This document shows positions 61,680 to 64,000 of a DNA stretch of 64,000 bases, piece by piece. The notes beneath the pieces are model-generated. The model was given only the letters and a program-made list of their open reading frames with translations, was not told the DNA's origin and made no database searches. The stretch lies in the IMG/VR virus record IMGVR_UViG_3300044617_000992. One strand, written 5' to 3'. The position numbers were made by a program, and so were the translations under genes. This DNA is from an uncultured virus (IMG/VR IMGVR_UViG_3300044617_000992) (Duplodnaviria > Heunggongvirae > Uroviricota > Caudoviricetes). Numbering within the stretch: the stretch's first letter is position 1; every line of letters begins with the position of its first letter.

Positions 61680-64000
61680 TTAAGTATCGAAAAAGAACAT
61701 TTGCCATAGTCTAGAATTTTCCATTACTGTTCCAAAATATTCAGAAGCAGAATGAATATTGCTTGCATCAAAAATTACTAGACGGTTATAAACATTTCCA
61801 AGAACATCCACTGGTTCAAATGAAGTTCCATCTAGATGAGGATCTCCGGGAATGTCTTTCCAGGCAGCATCCCACCCTTCATCATAATAACTTCTTGCTC
61901 TAGTTTTCTTATGAGCATATAGTGTAGTTCCACATTGATATGGGGCATCAGGAGTCAAGTATAGCATACCTCCCCACTTTTGACTATCGCAGTGCCAAAC
62001 TAAAGGTTCTCCTGCATGTGCATTTTGAAACCTTCCATTCATACCGTGACTTTCCCATTCTGTAATTTTCATTCCAATAATTTCCTCAAATTTTTCTTTG
62101 AGACCTGGAAATAAAAATTGCTTATCTGTCCTACGTCCGATGAATCCTCTACCGAATCCACCTTCAACATATTCTTGATTCAATGCAAATTCTCTTACTG
62201 CATCAGGATTTTCGTAGAAGTTATCTACAGACCAAACAGTGTTTTGAGTTTTTTCACTTATAGAAAAAATTTTTCTATTCGAAGATTCTGTTTGATTTTT
62301 AAAATATACTTCATTATATCCCAGATTAATATTTTTAGTATATCCGATAGAATTCATAAATTTTTCATATTCAATATTTTTTTCAAAATTTTCCAAAACT
62401 ATAACTTTCGGATTATATTTCAAATGATCGAACCCCATCAATACTTCAAGTTCCCATCCCTCAACATCAATAGAAAGAATATCAACTTTTTCTATTGATA
62501 ATTTTTCAAGAAGAGTATTCAATTTTATTCGTTCGACTTCTATTGTATTTTGAGTATTATGTTCCGGAACTCCATCATATCTAATCTCCAATGCAGAGAA
62601 ACTGACCCCATCATGAGTTTCTGAGTACCAATGATCATTATTTAAATTTATTGTGAAATTAGATTTCCCCTCGGTGTTTGAACAAGCATATTGATATACT
62701 TCACTTCCAAGGTTTTTATGCTGTTCCACAAATTTTGGATTTGGTTCGATGCAAATTGACCTCCAACCATGATCTCTAAAGAATTTAGAGTTACTCAAAA
62801 ACTCTGGTGGTCCTGCACCAACTTCAACTATAACCCCATTATAAGTTAAGTCTGGGAAAAAGTTTTCAAAAATGTACTTATCAGTTTCAAATTCGGCATA
62901 AAATTTCTTATTGAGAAAGTATTTTTCAATTTCCTTTATTTCATCAGAAGTATCTTTCATAATTTGTATTACATTATGATCAACTAAATCAGGATGAACC
63001 CACCAATCTTCATAAGAACATACACCGTCAGAAGATATATCAGAAACAACTAAAATGTATCCATTAGACTGTAGATATTCTCTAGACTTTTCTCTACATT
63101 TTTTAGTTGCATCCACATAATGATCATGTTCGTATGTAATCACTGCGAATTTATATTCATCAAAAGGAATTTTTAACAGAACTTCATAAGTATTTTTTGC
63201 AGGTTCAATATCAAGTTGAAGATAATCAATAGTTTTTGTAGAAAATTTTTCTTTCAAGAGAGATCGATAATCTATCTTAAGAGCATCGGCACAAATAGCA
63301 GTTGGCAATCTCTGAGAATTATGAGAATTAACTAGATCTTCTTTAAATTCAATGGACACTCCTGACCATTTAAATTTAGTTTCAAGTAAAGCAGTGTTAC
63401 TTCCATCAAATGGATGGCAAGATCCAACCTCAAGGTAAGTTCCATTCTTCTTTCCCTTCAACATAGAAAGAACAAACATATCTTGATAAACTTGAGAATA
63501 ATTTCTATCAATAGTTTCTAAACCTGGGAAATTATATCTTAATGAATGATACTTTGTTTTATCATACTGTAAAAATGATTGCGTTCTAGATGTATATCCC
63601 AATCTAGAAATATGGTCTATTACTACTTCTTTGGACTTTTCATCAAGAACATCCCAATATTCTTCAAATAATCTTCGGAATAACTTTCTCGATTCATCTT
63701 TCTTTCCCCACCACCAAGAAGAAACTGCCTTTTCAAAAATTAAATCATGATAACCTGAATATCCAACATTTTCACATAATTTAGTATCATCAAAATCACA
63801 GATATTAAGAGCAATTTCTATCGTCGAATATGCCTCATGATGAATACTAGTTTCCCTATGGATTTTTGCTAATAGATAATATGCTTCAGGTCTTTTTGGT
63901 AGGATTGTTATTGCCTGCTGATATGCCCCTTTAACAGTTTGAATTCTTCCCCCCTGCTTTTGGAAGCATAATGCCATTTTAAGGATTGAAGTGTATGACA
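61680..64000 (-). CDS. 5'-partial multidomain enzyme: TPR + two FkbM-like methyltransferases + 2OG-Fe(II)-like domain
   Basis: PKRPEAYY TPR; YLEVGS/DYLQLDIE; VEVGAG/ILSIDVEGWE; VDNFYENP...HCD...YNRLVIFDA..HSA; frame open to window edge. Confidence 0.75.
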   Translation of the reverse strand, partial: SYTSILKMALCFQKQGGRIQTVKGAYQQAITILPKRPEAYYLLAKIHRETSIHHEAYSTIEIALNICDFDDTKLCENVGYSGYHDLIFEKAVSSWWWGKKDESRKLFRRLFEEYWDVLDEKSKEVVIDHISRLGYTSRTQSFLQYDKTKYHSLRYNFPGLETIDRNYSQVYQDMFVLSMLKGKKNGTYLEVGSCHPFDGSNTALLETKFKWSGVSIEFKEDLVNSHNSQRLPTAICADALKIDYRSLLKEKFSTKTIDYLQLDIEPAKNTYEVLLKIPFDEYKFAVITYEHDHYVDATKKCREKSREYLQSNGYILVVSDISSDGVCSYEDWWVHPDLVDHNVIQIMKDTSDEIKEIEKYFLNKKFYAEFETDKYIFENFFPDLTYNGVIVEVGAGPPEFLSNSKFFRDHGWRSICIEPNPKFVEQHKNLGSEVYQYACSNTEGKSNFTINLNNDHWYSETHDGVSFSALEIRYDGVPEHNTQNTIEVERIKLNTLLEKLSIEKVDILSIDVEGWELEVLMGFDHLKYNPKVIVLENFEKNIEYEKFMNSIGYTKNINLGYNEVYFKNQTESSNRKIFSISEKTQNTVWSVDNFYENPDAVREFALNQEYVEGGFGRGFIGRRTDKQFLFPGLKEKFEEIIGMKITEWESHGMNGRFQNAHAGEPLVWHCDSQKWGGMLYLTPDAPYQCGTTLYAHKKTRARSYYDEGWDAAWKDIPGDPHLDGTSFEPVDVLGNVYNRLVIFDASNIHSASEYFGTVMENSRLWQMFFFDT

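Noticed and set aside
1..64000. Stop-codon recoding, introns or inteins
   Set aside because: Core genes translate full length in the standard code; no suppressor tRNA, homing endonuclease or intein motifs noticed.

Overview
This window is an AT-rich fragment of a large T4-like cyanomyovirus genome, probably a freshwater type, and it is coded almost entirely on the minus strand. Layout: 0.3-3.5 kb, two tRNA clusters (12 tRNAs plus a 115-nt tRNA-like RNA) around a DNA adenine methyltransferase; 3.5-13.3 kb, small ORFs, putative capsid-internal proteins and the CobS/CobT-like (AAA + vWA/peptidase) pair; 13.3-41.5 kb, a receptor-binding/fibre island with 2OG-Fe(II) oxygenases, three paralogous His-rich fibre-tip proteins, Gly-X-Gln collagen-like fibres and large beta-helix proteins; 41.5-54.4 kb, baseplate/tail genes (gp5, hub, M23 and RlpA muralytic proteins, gp51, gp26, gp54-like, gp4, gp2, gp48, gp53); 54.4-64 kb, gp32, gp59, gp33, exonuclease, phoH, thyX, speD, glutaredoxin and a partial multi-domain modification enzyme. 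Four observations stand out: (1) a nitrogen-sensing cassette missed by the ORF track (NtcA box, glutamine riboswitch, DUF4278 peptide and a coupled basic peptide); (2) two phycobiliprotein-like domains that keep the Cys-x-Arg-Asp bilin-attachment motif inside a virion fibre protein; (3) an oversized tRNA-like RNA; (4) a six-copy palindrome plus extended -10 promoter class. All calls come from reading the sequence by eye; no database searches were run.
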